From a virus, in IMG/VR virus record IMGVR_UViG_3300025597_000015, positions 1 to 58,305 of that record: a stretch of 58,305 nucleotides of DNA. One strand, written 5' to 3'. Below, in pieces: positions 44,645-53,316 of the stretch. The notes under the pieces were generated by a model, which saw nothing but the letters and a program-made list of their open reading frames with translations, was not told the DNA's origin and ran no database searches. Each line of letters starts with the position of its first letter. The first letter of the stretch is position 1. A program made the translations under genes and the position numbers.

Positions 44645-45948
44645 TATGATTCTTCCTCCGTATCTTTTGCACCTGATAATTTGATTATATCTTCAAGAAC
44701 TTTAAACTCAAAACTCTTAAACTTCCACGCTTCCCATTTGGAGGAATTAATGCGAACCACAACGCCCTCTCGAATGTGCTTATCGCACAGTGTTGATGCC
44801 CCTTGCGCATACCCCGTTCCTTTTTCATTTTCAAGAAGATTGATTAGTTTTTCTGAATCTTCATCATATACGATTACTGTAAGAAGTGGGACAGTTTTTA
44901 CATCAAGTTCTCTGCATCGTGATCTAATTTCTTGCCAAGTATAATCTTTAACCCAACCATCAGCATCGGTGTGTGTGATACGATAAACATAAACTTCACT
45001 TGTGCCTTCTGGCTGATTATAAGAAAACACAGTCTCTTTACCATATTGTTTTACAAACTCTTTATCTTCAAGTTTACGATTATCACAGCGATTCATAATC
45101 GGCTTTGTATCTGTGCTCCAACCAACAATCTCATAATAAACCGTCTCTCCTTCATGGAGTTTTCCAACAAACAGATTGTGTGCAGGAACACGATAATTCT
45201 TGTCTGCTTTATCAAATCCGCCACCATACGAATCCATATCGGCAATTGTTACACGGCGGGTTCCAGAGACATATTTATATCCAATTGGTTTAGGTTCAAT
45301 AATTGTGCGTTTAAAGAGCGAATTGATAATTCTTCCATACCAAGGAAGTTGTGTGACAAGTGTATTAGAAGTTCTGCCAGAAGTCCCGTGCAGTTTTTCA
45401 GTAATATAAAGACATGCTCCTTTTGGAATTTTATCAAGATTATAAACAAGTTGTTCGGTATCTTTGTGTTCGGCAAACTGTGGATATTTGATTCTTACAA
45501 CCTTATATGGTTTGGGGTTTGAGGACTTTTCAACAGTATTTGTATATTTTTTACAAATTTCATGACCATTAATTTCAGTAAATTTGAGTCCTTCTATAAG
45601 AGTATTATAATCTACTCCTGTATAATAAAGATATGAAAGAGGACAAAAGAAACCATCTGAACGTTCTTTCCTGAATTTCTGCGTCCTGACTTTACCATTC
45701 TCGCTAAAGAATCCGCCTTTACGTTCTTTTGTAACTTCATCAATATAACTTAATTGATTGTTTGCTTTTAGAAATTCGATTGAAATTCTACCATCACTTG
45801 GGAAATAAATTCCTAGTTCGCCTTCTTTAGTATCAAGTCCTACCACAACTTGATTATTAAAACATTCTCCAAGAAGGAGCCTGTCTGCATTCGGATGTTT
45901 CCTTACATTAACAATTCTCGTAATATATGCGTAATAAGTCATTAACAT
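44644..45948 (-). CDS. tRNA-binding (OB) domain fused to an Rnl2-like RNA ligase
   Basis: The N-terminus RKHPNADRLLLGE...VVVGL is the hallmark of Trbp111/CsaA-type tRNA-binding domains. Ligase motifs: I TEKLHGTS, III VYYEIVG, IV REGVVVR, V AWKFKS. Confidence 0.7.
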   Translation of the reverse strand: MLMTYYAYITRIVNVRKHPNADRLLLGECFNNQVVVGLDTKEGELGIYFPSDGRISIEFLKANNQLSYIDEVTKERKGGFFSENGKVRTQKFRKERSDGFFCPLSYLYYTGVDYNTLIEGLKFTEINGHEICKKYTNTVEKSSNPKPYKVVRIKYPQFAEHKDTEQLVYNLDKIPKGACLYITEKLHGTSGRTSNTLVTQLPWYGRIINSLFKRTIIEPKPIGYKYVSGTRRVTIADMDSYGGGFDKADKNYRVPAHNLFVGKLHEGETVYYEIVGWSTDTKPIMNRCDNRKLEDKEFVKQYGKETVFSYNQPEGTSEVYVYRITHTDADGWVKDYTWQEIRSRCRELDVKTVPLLTVIVYDEDSEKLINLLENEKGTGYAQGASTLCDKHIREGVVVRINSSKWEAWKFKSFEFKVLEDIIKLSGAKDTEEES

Positions 45949-46247
45949 TCCTCAATCATTCTTTTCCAATCTTTACTTTTTTTCATTTCTTTTATAAGTG
46001 TTTTGACAATAATATCTGATGTTCCACATGATATTTTTTCATAAAAAAATTTATAAATTAATTTACCAACTTCTTCAGAAGGAATATTATTAACTAAAAG
46101 TCCCAACTGTGAAATGATTATATCTTTTTCTGTATCATTTATTGCAATAGTACATTCATTTAAAAAACCACATTTATCTCTATCATATTTTATATCACAC
46201 TTTTTACTATCTTTACAAAAATTGCAGTAGTGATTAAAACATGCCAT
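45942..46247 (-). CDS. Cys-rich small protein
   Basis: CFNHYCNFCKDSKKC...C; adjacent to the paralogue array. Confidence 0.55.
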   Translation of the reverse strand: MACFNHYCNFCKDSKKCDIKYDRDKCGFLNECTIAINDTEKDIIISQLGLLVNNIPSEEVGKLIYKFFYEKISCGTSDIIVKTLIKEMKKSKDWKRMIEEC

Positions 46248-46251
46248 AATA

Positions 46252-46587
46252 TCACATCTTATTTTTTAAATAACTAACAATATTATATAAACAATTAAAA
46301 CCATTAATTGAATTTTTCATATGTATGCAATTTTCACAATCATTTACTGGACAAACAAAATCAGTTATATCAAAAATAGCATTTATAAACTCTTTAGGAG
46401 AATATTCTATTATATTATTTTCTAAAATGCTCTTAATATTAAACTCATTTCTAATATATATATAAAAACAAAATGTATAAGAGTTACTTATGAAGCATGG
46501 ACATTTTTCACAACTCACTGATGGACATCGAAGTTCGATACAAGAATATAATGCTTCTATTTGTTCAGTAACTTCTTGATTTAACAT
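46252..46587 (-). CDS. Cys-rich paralogue family, member A2
   Basis: IEALYSCIELRCPSVSCEKCPC ... SPKEFINAI. Confidence 0.6.
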   Translation of the reverse strand: MLNQEVTEQIEALYSCIELRCPSVSCEKCPCFISNSYTFCFYIYIRNEFNIKSILENNIIEYSPKEFINAIFDITDFVCPVNDCENCIHMKNSINGFNCLYNIVSYLKNKM

Positions 46588-46591
46588 TGTA

Positions 46592-46903
46592 TCACATCGG
46601 ATAATTTTTTAAAGTATCGACAACTTTTTTTAAAATAATACCATTATAATCATATTGGTTTACCTGTTTCGTTATTTCTTTCACTGCTTCCACAAATTCT
46701 TCTGGAGAATAATTAACACATCCGATAGTGTTTGTTTTCATAATATTAAATTGAAAACATATATATAAATATAAACAATGATGTTTTTCATCTGTGGAAT
46801 AACAAGGACACTTTGTGCATGGTTCAGAAAAGTGTATTCCACAATCAAAATTCATTGTGGAATATAATAATTTTATATATTCATAAACTTCGTTATTGCT
46901 CAT
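46592..46903 (-). CDS. Cys-rich paralogue family, member A3
   Basis: IKLLYSTMNFDCGIHFSEPCTKCPC ... SPEEFVEAV. Confidence 0.6.
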   Translation of the reverse strand: MSNNEVYEYIKLLYSTMNFDCGIHFSEPCTKCPCYSTDEKHHCLYLYICFQFNIMKTNTIGCVNYSPEEFVEAVKEITKQVNQYDYNGIILKKVVDTLKNYPM

Positions 46904-46904
46904 G

Positions 46905-47234
46905 TTATTCCCTCATTAATGTAAAAAAACATGGAGAGACATTATGTTCATCGTTTTTCATATAAACACATTTTTTACACGAAGATTTAGAACAATCCAA
47001 TTCCATTAATATTTCATCTACAATTTCTATAAATTCATCAGGTGAGACAGTCAAATGATTAATATTAAGCCTAGAATTTATATCTAAATGAGACATCATT
47101 ACATATATACATCCAATTGTTTTATCATCATTTATAAAACAACATTTGCAGGATTTACATGAATAATTATTACATTGTGGTCTAACACAAGAAAGAAGAA
47201 TACTAAATTGTTCTAATATTTCTTCGCCAATCAT
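46905..47234 (-). CDS. Cys-rich paralogue family, member A4
   Basis: FSILLSCVRPQCNNYSCKSCKCC ... SPDEFIEIV. Confidence 0.6.
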   Translation of the reverse strand: MIGEEILEQFSILLSCVRPQCNNYSCKSCKCCFINDDKTIGCIYVMMSHLDINSRLNINHLTVSPDEFIEIVDEILMELDCSKSSCKKCVYMKNDEHNVSPCFFTLMRE

Positions 47235-47301
47235 AATTAATCCTTTGTATTTTTTTAAGATTTAAAGTAGAACTAATAAACTAAAATTTTAAAAAAAAAT
47301 A

Positions 47302-47505
47302 TTATGACTTCCTAAACGTTGCACCACTATATAGAATAATAATAAATGCTGTTACAAATAACTGTGCATAATCATTGATTTTATTCCATTCAAGTGTATT
47401 ACAAATAAATCCAGACACAACCCAAATCGTGAATCCAGCAAAAATTACATATAAAATTGCCAATATCAGTATAATTGCTGCTACAGCACCATCATAGTTT
47501 CCCAT
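47302..47505 (-). CDS. small membrane protein
   Basis: ATG at 47505 just after the upstream stop; two TM helices. Confidence 0.5.
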   Translation of the reverse strand: MGNYDGAVAAIILILAILYVIFAGFTIWVVSGFICNTLEWNKINDYAQLFVTAFIIILYSGATFRKS

Positions 47506-47506
47506 T

Positions 47507-47743
47507 CTAAGACACCTTATTAAATTTACAACCAATTACATCAACTACAGAGTAAATTGTTGCTGTTATTTGATCATCACTCATAACTCCAAAATTTGGC
47601 ATTTTATATGCATCGTCAACAAAAATCGGACATTTATTTTCTCTTACAATTTTACAATCTCTACAAGTAAATTTTTTTCTACCATAATTACACCTCGAAT
47701 TTAATAATTGGTGTATTGTTAATAATTTCAATTTCCTTTTCAA
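47507..47743 (-). CDS. Cys-rich small protein, family-related
   Basis: CNYGRKKFTCRDCKIVRENKC ... ATIYSVVDVIG; TTG start is uncertain. Confidence 0.45.
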   Translation of the reverse strand: MKRKLKLLTIHQLLNSRCNYGRKKFTCRDCKIVRENKCPIFVDDAYKMPNFGVMSDDQITATIYSVVDVIGCKFNKVS

Positions 47744-48008
47744 GTTTCTTTATATGAGATACAATCACATTTTTGAAATAAGTAACATTATCGGGATTAT
47801 GCGAATTAGAACCAATTTTTATCATATACATCCCTTTATTATTTGCAATTGTAATAAGTTCATTACACAGTGTCCCACGAACCAATTGCACATTAAACTT
47901 TTTCTTAATAATATAATCAGATAATGTTTTAATATTTTTAAATTCATTGCCATCAATCTGTGCATTCATATCATTCATATTCTTATAAGACATAATACTA
48001 ATTTCCAT
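47688..48008 (-). CDS. hypothetical protein
   Basis: ATG at 48008 after GGAGTG. Confidence 0.5.
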   Translation of the reverse strand: MEISIMSYKNMNDMNAQIDGNEFKNIKTLSDYIIKKKFNVQLVRGTLCNELITIANNKGMYMIKIGSNSHNPDNVTYFKNVIVSHIKKLEKEIEIINNTPIIKFEV

Positions 48009-48132
48009 ATTTTTCACTCCATTCTTTAATAACTTCCATATTCTCAATAGCCATACCGATTAAAATGTTATCTGGATATAATAAATAATTCAGATCATTT
48101 TTCATACCTATTAAATCTTCAATAGTAGCCAT
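47998..48132 (-). CDS. small hypothetical protein
   Basis: Start is uncertain (48132, 48141 or 48186). Confidence 0.35.
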   Translation of the reverse strand: MATIEDLIGMKNDLNYLLYPDNILIGMAIENMEVIKEWSEKYGN

Positions 48133-48424
48133 TTTCCTCATCAAATAGTGCGTTATAATAAGTTTTCTTCTTAATATAACTATCAACTTCAGTGATTACT
48201 TCATAAATATCAAACTCCCCATACTTTTTAAATAACTGTTCTTTAATTATATCCTCATCTGCATATTTATTTTCATAATATTTCCACTCTGAATAAAGTT
48301 TATTCTCAAAGTATGTCAGTTCTTGAATTGACATATTCATAGTGTTTATATTTATTTCCCGCTGTAAATTCTCTGTTCTTGTTTGTAGGTCTTTCTTTAT
48401 TTCCTGAATAATACTGTCGTCCAT
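48119..48424 (-). CDS. hypothetical coiled-coil protein
   Basis: 101-aa ORF. Confidence 0.5.
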   Translation of the reverse strand: MDDSIIQEIKKDLQTRTENLQREININTMNMSIQELTYFENKLYSEWKYYENKYADEDIIKEQLFKKYGEFDIYEVITEVDSYIKKKTYYNALFDEENGYY

Positions 48425-48620
48425 AGTCTTTACCTTTTTCTGTTAATTTGAAATGCACAGGTATTCCATTTATACACTTATCCGTTTCTATCATTCCCAT
48501 ATCATATAAACTTTTAATTGTATAAATATTTACCTTTTTTGTTTTTATAAACCACTTTGCACCTGTGGCAATTGTTAATTCATATAATGCCACTATCACA
48601 GAATGCTGGATAGGAGTCAT
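48306..48620 (-). CDS. winged-helix-like protein (putative)
   Basis: 104-aa ORF whose 3' part overlaps 48119..48424 by 119 nt. Confidence 0.4.
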   Translation of the reverse strand: MTPIQHSVIVALYELTIATGAKWFIKTKKVNIYTIKSLYDMGMIETDKCINGIPVHFKLTEKGKDYGRQYYSGNKERPTNKNREFTAGNKYKHYEYVNSRTDIL

Positions 48621-48635
48621 ATATATGTATTTGTT

Positions 48636-49097
48636 TTATTTACATTTATAGTTTTTGTTTAATTCAAATGCCAAATATGCACCACATTTTTCACATACAT
48701 AATCTCCATCTTTTGGTTTAAAATGACTATCATATTCAATGCCGCACTTCTCACAAATCGCTTTATATTTTGCAGAAGGATAAATATGTTCTTTAGTAAA
48801 TTTAGAAGTATATGGAACATCATCCCCGAAAAGTTTACACAATTTCTTAAAATCACGATTATGATTTTTAACCAATAAATGGCAAACCTCATGTGCAACT
48901 AGACATTCTATCACCCGCTTGTTATTTTTATTAGATTCAATAAATTGCTCTGAAAATTTAATATATTCATTATGTATATCACATTTACCATAAACATCGA
49001 TTGATCTAAACCATCCTACTGATGGATAGACTTTTATTCCCAGTTTATCACAATTTTGTATAACAAGTTTCCGAATATAAGTTTTTATTTTTCGCAT
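48636..49097 (-). CDS. SprT-like zinc metalloprotease with C-terminal zinc ribbon
   Basis: VAHEVCHLL (HExxH); CEKCG...CEKCG. Confidence 0.65.
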   Translation of the reverse strand: MRKIKTYIRKLVIQNCDKLGIKVYPSVGWFRSIDVYGKCDIHNEYIKFSEQFIESNKNNKRVIECLVAHEVCHLLVKNHNRDFKKLCKLFGDDVPYTSKFTKEHIYPSAKYKAICEKCGIEYDSHFKPKDGDYVCEKCGAYLAFELNKNYKCK

Positions 49098-49099
49098 AT

Positions 49100-49360
49100 T
49101 TATATTTCCTTTTGTAATATTTTCTGAATTTCTATATCTTTAATAGAATTTATTATAGAATATGCATATTCTAATTCTTGTGGAGTAAAAGAAAGTCCAT
49201 ATATACCATCATCGAATTTATATTTTTTTCTTATTTTTATTCTAATACACTGAAATCCATATTTTCTACATGGACATTTTTTAATACAAAAATCAGTTCC
49301 TCCTTCAGAACAAATATCTTTTGTTAAAATCTTTAATATCTCTAATTCTTCATGCTTCAT
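49100..49360 (-). CDS. Cys-rich paralogue family, member B1
   Basis: LEILKILTKDICSEGGTDFCIKKCPC ... ELEYAYSIINSI. Confidence 0.6.
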   Translation of the reverse strand: MKHEELEILKILTKDICSEGGTDFCIKKCPCRKYGFQCIRIKIRKKYKFDDGIYGLSFTPQELEYAYSIINSIKDIEIQKILQKEI

Positions 49361-49634
49361 TTTTCCACATTCCGTTTTTTAAGAAATATTGTAAATCTTC
49401 ATCATTTATTGAATTTATTAATGCATATATATAGTCAATACATTCTTTATCTCCAATACTATTTGGTTTTTGAGCATAGTAATCTCCTGTTATTTTATAA
49501 CGTATGTGCATTCTTTTACATCGAACATTATTTATTTCAAAATGAAATTTACAATCTTCACAAAATTTATCGCCACAGTCACATGGTTTTAATACTATCT
49601 CCTTTAAAATTTCGGTTATTTCTGAAGAAAACAT
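49350..49634 (-). CDS. Cys-rich paralogue family, member B2
   Basis: ITEILKEIVLKPCDCGDKFCEDC ... CIDYIYALINSI. Confidence 0.6.
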   Translation of the reverse strand: MFSSEITEILKEIVLKPCDCGDKFCEDCKFHFEINNVRCKRMHIRYKITGDYYAQKPNSIGDKECIDYIYALINSINDEDLQYFLKNGMWKNEA

Positions 49635-49813
49635 TATTTTCCTCCTAATATCTTTTTTATTATTGGATGATCGATTGAGTTTAAAATAGAATAAATATAT
49701 TTAGAATCTTCAGAATCTTCAATTGTTACATTACCATATTCACAAATATTAAACTTTACTCTTATTAAAACAGGAATACAATATGATGTTTCTTTTAAAT
49801 CAGTTTCTATCAT
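49634..49813 (-). CDS. Cys-rich paralogue family, member B3 (N-terminally degenerate)
   Basis: ATG at 49813 after GGGTGA; keeps the SKYIYSILNSI tail but has lost most of the Cys motif. Confidence 0.45.
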   Translation of the reverse strand: MIETDLKETSYCIPVLIRVKFNICEYGNVTIEDSEDSKYIYSILNSIDHPIIKKILGGK

Positions 49814-50102
49814 ATCGCGATTCACCCAATATATCATTTATAATTTTATCATTTAAAGAATGCAATACACTATAAACATAATCAGATTTTTCTTTGGTAA
49901 TTGTATGAATATCGCTTATTTTATAAGATTCACCATTTTCAACCAATAAAATTACAAGTTTACGTCTTAAATTAACAATATTACATCGTTCTCCAATAAT
50001 ATTTGAATGTCTTGAAAATTTACATTCACAACAGTCAAAATCTTTTCTGTCACAAAAGAACAATAAATCCCTTAAAATATAGTTATAAAGTTCCATTTTC
50101 AT
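49800..50102 (-). CDS. Cys-rich paralogue family, member B4
   Basis: LYNYILRDLLFFCDRKDFDCCEC ... SDYVYSVLHSL. Confidence 0.6.
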   Translation of the reverse strand: MKMELYNYILRDLLFFCDRKDFDCCECKFSRHSNIIGERCNIVNLRRKLVILLVENGESYKISDIHTITKEKSDYVYSVLHSLNDKIINDILGESRYDRN

Positions 50103-50338
50103 GGCTCAACTTCCTTTAATAATCCAGCAGAATTTGCTATTGAATAAACATATTCCAATTCTTCTTTTGATTGTATTTTAATACCATGATTATAATAGTC
50201 TCTATATTTATCTCTTAATTTTTGTTTAAGACAATCTCCCTTTCTATAAAATAAACATTTCGGTCTACATTCAAAATTAAACTGGCAAGCAGATATACAA
50301 ATTCTAATAATTTCAATCTGTTGTAGTGTTGGTGTCAT
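50099..50338 (-). CDS. Cys-rich paralogue family, member B5
   Basis: IEIIRICISACQFNFECRPKC ... ELEYVYSIANSA. Confidence 0.6.
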   Translation of the reverse strand: MTPTLQQIEIIRICISACQFNFECRPKCLFYRKGDCLKQKLRDKYRDYYNHGIKIQSKEELEYVYSIANSAGLLKEVEP

Positions 50339-51146
50339 TATTCCACTTCTTTACTTTTTTTATATATGTGATTGGTTCACAATAACTAATTGTGTTTAAT
50401 GACGGAAAAATAAAAGACTTTCTATATAATTTATAAAGAACTTTATCATTTACATCTGTTGTTCTTCCATATCCATAACACCACTCATTACAAACAGGAA
50501 GTGTTTCAAGGATACGAAACATAAACCGCCGATTCATTGATGGGTGGATAAGCGGAAATGCGAGTCTCTTAATAGAAAGTGGTTCTGAACTTTCTTTTAC
50601 TTTCGTCAGGAAAAACACACTTTCGCCACTCTCAATTCCGCATCGTGCTACATATAGGTTACATCTATATCCAGCCGATTCAAGTTGTGAAATATAGTTT
50701 AGAACAACAATTCCACGATTGATAATATCTTCAGTGCTTGTTCCACCATTAACACCAATATTAACAATAATATCTACAATTTTAAACTTTTTAGGATGAA
50801 ATTCTGCATTAACCATTGTGTCCGGGCGTCCAATAATAACATGCGGCACGCACGGCGCAAAACCCTCTACATCTGTTTTTGGAACATAACGTTTATTTTG
50901 AATTTCTTCATCTACTTCGCGATCTTTAAGGTTATCTGTTAATTTTTTATAGCCTTCTTCCCAACCACGTGATATGAGTTCTTCTGCTTCTTCAAAAGAC
51001 TTTGTATGAGTGAAACTATAATCATTTTCTTTTGAAGAACGTGCATAAAAGGAAGGATGGTTTGGGGTATTTTTACAATATTTGGTCATATCGCTGATCG
51101 AATCAAACACACAAAAGAAATTACGTCCTTCAATCCATTTTTTCAT
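50313..51146 (-). CDS. hypothetical protein, likely partner of the AAA+ ATPase
   Basis: 277-aa ORF two small genes downstream of the ATPase. Any vWA/CobT-like relationship is unverified. Confidence 0.5.
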   Translation of the reverse strand: MKKWIEGRNFFCVFDSISDMTKYCKNTPNHPSFYARSSKENDYSFTHTKSFEEAEELISRGWEEGYKKLTDNLKDREVDEEIQNKRYVPKTDVEGFAPCVPHVIIGRPDTMVNAEFHPKKFKIVDIIVNIGVNGGTSTEDIINRGIVVLNYISQLESAGYRCNLYVARCGIESGESVFFLTKVKESSEPLSIKRLAFPLIHPSMNRRFMFRILETLPVCNEWCYGYGRTTDVNDKVLYKLYRKSFIFPSLNTISYCEPITYIKKVKKWNNDTNTTTD

Positions 51147-51331
51147 AACAATTCCTCTTTAGTAAAATAATCAAACATGTTTATAGAGTTAACATCAATG
51201 CCACGTTCTTCAGAGATAATTTTCATTGTTTTTCCATCTGATATAAAATTAACTTGTTGTGTTGGACTTTCTAAAACTCTTTTAAGAATTGAATCAACAT
51301 CGTTTATATCAAATGTTTCCACAAAAATCAC
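51143..51331 (-). CDS. hypothetical protein
   Basis: 62-aa ORF. Confidence 0.5.
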   Translation of the reverse strand: MIFVETFDINDVDSILKRVLESPTQQVNFISDGKTMKIISEERGIDVNSINMFDYFTKEELL

Positions 51332-51584
51332 TCAATTCGATTTTGTTAACTTCTTTGCACTGTGTTTCAAATTCATATTCACAAATAACACAATTTGGAT
51401 AATATCTTCCAACCATGTTAACATATTTTTTTAATTCATAGTTATAACTTCTCTCAAACATATGAAGATGATTTTTCAAATGTCCAATAGTATTCCATGT
51501 TTTTCCAACTTTAGACCATTTTGGTGGATCTCCACCGCGTGAATATAATCCAGTTTCTGGATTAAAAATTTTATAAATCTTCAT
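51309..51584 (-). CDS. hypothetical protein
   Basis: 91-aa ORF. Confidence 0.55.
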   Translation of the reverse strand: MKIYKIFNPETGLYSRGGDPPKWSKVGKTWNTIGHLKNHLHMFERSYNYELKKYVNMVGRYYPNCVICEYEFETQCKEVNKIELSDFCGNI

Positions 51585-52726
51585 TTCATAACCGCCGTTA
51601 ATGCTACAAGATATTTATTTGTGCTTTTCTCAATTTTTGGACGAATAATGTTAATATCGTCAATGTGCATTCCCTTCAAAACGGTGTATTTCATAATATC
51701 TTCAAGTTTGAGAGATTTTTCCATCTTTGTAATCTGTGATATTACACGGTATGAAAGAATAACTTTTATACCATTCTCTAGTGTAATGGATCGAAGTGTA
51801 TGAATTGCATCCACTAATTCGCGGTTGTTGTTACTAATCTGTAATTCGACATTTGTATCATAAGTAATATCAATAACTGCAAACCTATCAAGACTTGCAC
51901 CGTCTAGTTGATAACGCCCCACATAGGTTGAATTTGCACCATTGCCAAATGTATTACCCGCTGCAATAATTCGGAAGTTTGGATGAGCACTGACACGACC
52001 TGTCGGGAAGTTAAAATACTTGTTTTCAATCGCCGCATTAAGAAGGACTAACACTTCGGGAATGCTTGCATCAATTTCATCAAAGAAGAACAATCCACCC
52101 TTTGTAAAGGCTTCATAGAATTGTGTTTCGTGGAAATGTCCATTTGCATCGATAAATCCAGTAATTTTGTATTCATTTGTAATTGCATTACTGAAGAAAA
52201 ATTCAAGTTCTAGTGCATCGGCAATCTGTTTAACCATATAATTTTTACCACAACCGGCATCACCACGCAGAAAAACAGGCACGTCAGCATTAACAATAGT
52301 GATAATATCCTCAAATTTTTCATGAGTAAGATCAGAAATGGTTTTAATCGGGCGATCTGGTCTATCAAGTTTAATAATACGGCGTGGAATTGCACCAAAT
52401 TCGTGTGTTAAATCATCAATAATGCGCTGTTTTGCTGCTTTAATCTCATCATCTGTTGTTTTTGAGATACTATTCTTTTTAAGTTTTAGTCGTTCGTCAA
52501 CGGTTTTATCAACTGTATCGCTTACTTTTTTCTTAAGTGCTTTAATATCAATTTCTATATTTGGCGTTGTGCTGTTTTTAGTTGGTACTTTAGTATCATT
52601 ATTATTATAACAGTCCATGCAGTAAATTTTAGAATTTTCTTTATCCCAAGCAACTTCAGTATTTTTTTCTACAATTTTACCGCACTTTGCACAAATGCTT
52701 TTAAATTTCGCGTTAATAATCATCAT
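51581..52726 (-). CDS. AAA+ ATPase (AAA_5 / MoxR / CobS-like) with N-terminal zinc ribbon
   Basis: CAKCG...CMDC; Walker A RGDAGCGKN; Walker B LFFFDEID; SLDRF sensor segment. Confidence 0.7.
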   Translation of the reverse strand: MMIINAKFKSICAKCGKIVEKNTEVAWDKENSKIYCMDCYNNNDTKVPTKNSTTPNIEIDIKALKKKVSDTVDKTVDERLKLKKNSISKTTDDEIKAAKQRIIDDLTHEFGAIPRRIIKLDRPDRPIKTISDLTHEKFEDIITIVNADVPVFLRGDAGCGKNYMVKQIADALELEFFFSNAITNEYKITGFIDANGHFHETQFYEAFTKGGLFFFDEIDASIPEVLVLLNAAIENKYFNFPTGRVSAHPNFRIIAAGNTFGNGANSTYVGRYQLDGASLDRFAVIDITYDTNVELQISNNNRELVDAIHTLRSITLENGIKVILSYRVISQITKMEKSLKLEDIMKYTVLKGMHIDDINIIRPKIEKSTNKYLVALTAVMK

Positions 52727-52938
52727 GTTATCACTCTCTTTGCTCCAATCTCCAATCCATCATATTCCATAAGTATAAATTTTTTAAGTTCGGGAGAAAC
52801 GGCGATACTATAATATTCTGAAAATTTAGTTCTTAATGAAGTAATATCTATTTTATTATTAAAAAAGTCATTCTCAATGCGATTCATTTCTTGTAATATC
52901 ATTCTATCAGGAAGTCCCAAAAAAGAGGGATTATACAT
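52723..52938 (-). CDS. hypothetical protein
   Basis: ATG at 52938; the longer track start overlaps the upstream gene by 77 nt. Confidence 0.5.
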   Translation of the reverse strand: MYNPSFLGLPDRMILQEMNRIENDFFNNKIDITSLRTKFSEYYSIAVSPELKKFILMEYDGLEIGAKRVIT

Positions 52939-53209
52939 TAAACCGCTCCATTTTCTTTTTGAAGTCTGATACTTCTTTTTCTGTTTCTTTTTCCATATCA
53001 GAAACAAGTTTTAATGCAAGTTTTTCAGTGAGAATCATTGCTTCATTTTTAAAGAATTTCTCAATACCCATCATTACCATAATAACCGACTCTGTATCAT
53101 TCCTCAAATCATTTGAAAGCGAAGGATAAAGCGTCAACATTGCGCCAAGTGCTCCCTGTTCATTCTTGTTCATAGTCATTTCAGTTCCATCATCAAAAAT
53201 AATTTTCAT
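52931..53209 (-). CDS. hypothetical protein
   Basis: ATG at 53209 (the track gives a TTG at 53215). Confidence 0.5.
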   Translation of the reverse strand: MKIIFDDGTEMTMNKNEQGALGAMLTLYPSLSNDLRNDTESVIMVMMGIEKFFKNEAMILTEKLALKLVSDMEKETEKEVSDFKKKMERFNV

Positions 53210-53211
53210 CT

Positions 53212-53316
53212 TCAATCATCTCCATATTTCATTTGTTCTTCTAACGATTCATCAACTAACATGCAAGCGATTTGCACATCCATCCAAAACTCTTTTTCCA
53301 TGTCCTTTGAATCCAT
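53212..53316 (-). CDS. small acidic protein (34 aa)
   Basis: TAATG overlap with the upstream stop. Confidence 0.3.
   Translation of the reverse strand: MDSKDMEKEFWMDVQIACMLVDESLEEQMKYGDD

Noticed and set aside
1715-45522. Antisense or out-of-frame ORFs nested in confident genes. Examples: 1715..2110, 2138..2335, 2239..2457, 3420..3920, 6018..6391, 7430..7639, 7986..8321, 10067..10435, 13348..13641, 17086..17687, 17846..18160, 19840..20130, 20936..21211, 28781..29251, 36298..36809, 37912..38151, 44681..45522, 52210..52610.
   Set aside because: They fully overlap better-supported genes, lack SD sites, and have low-complexity or skewed compositions typical of shadow ORFs.
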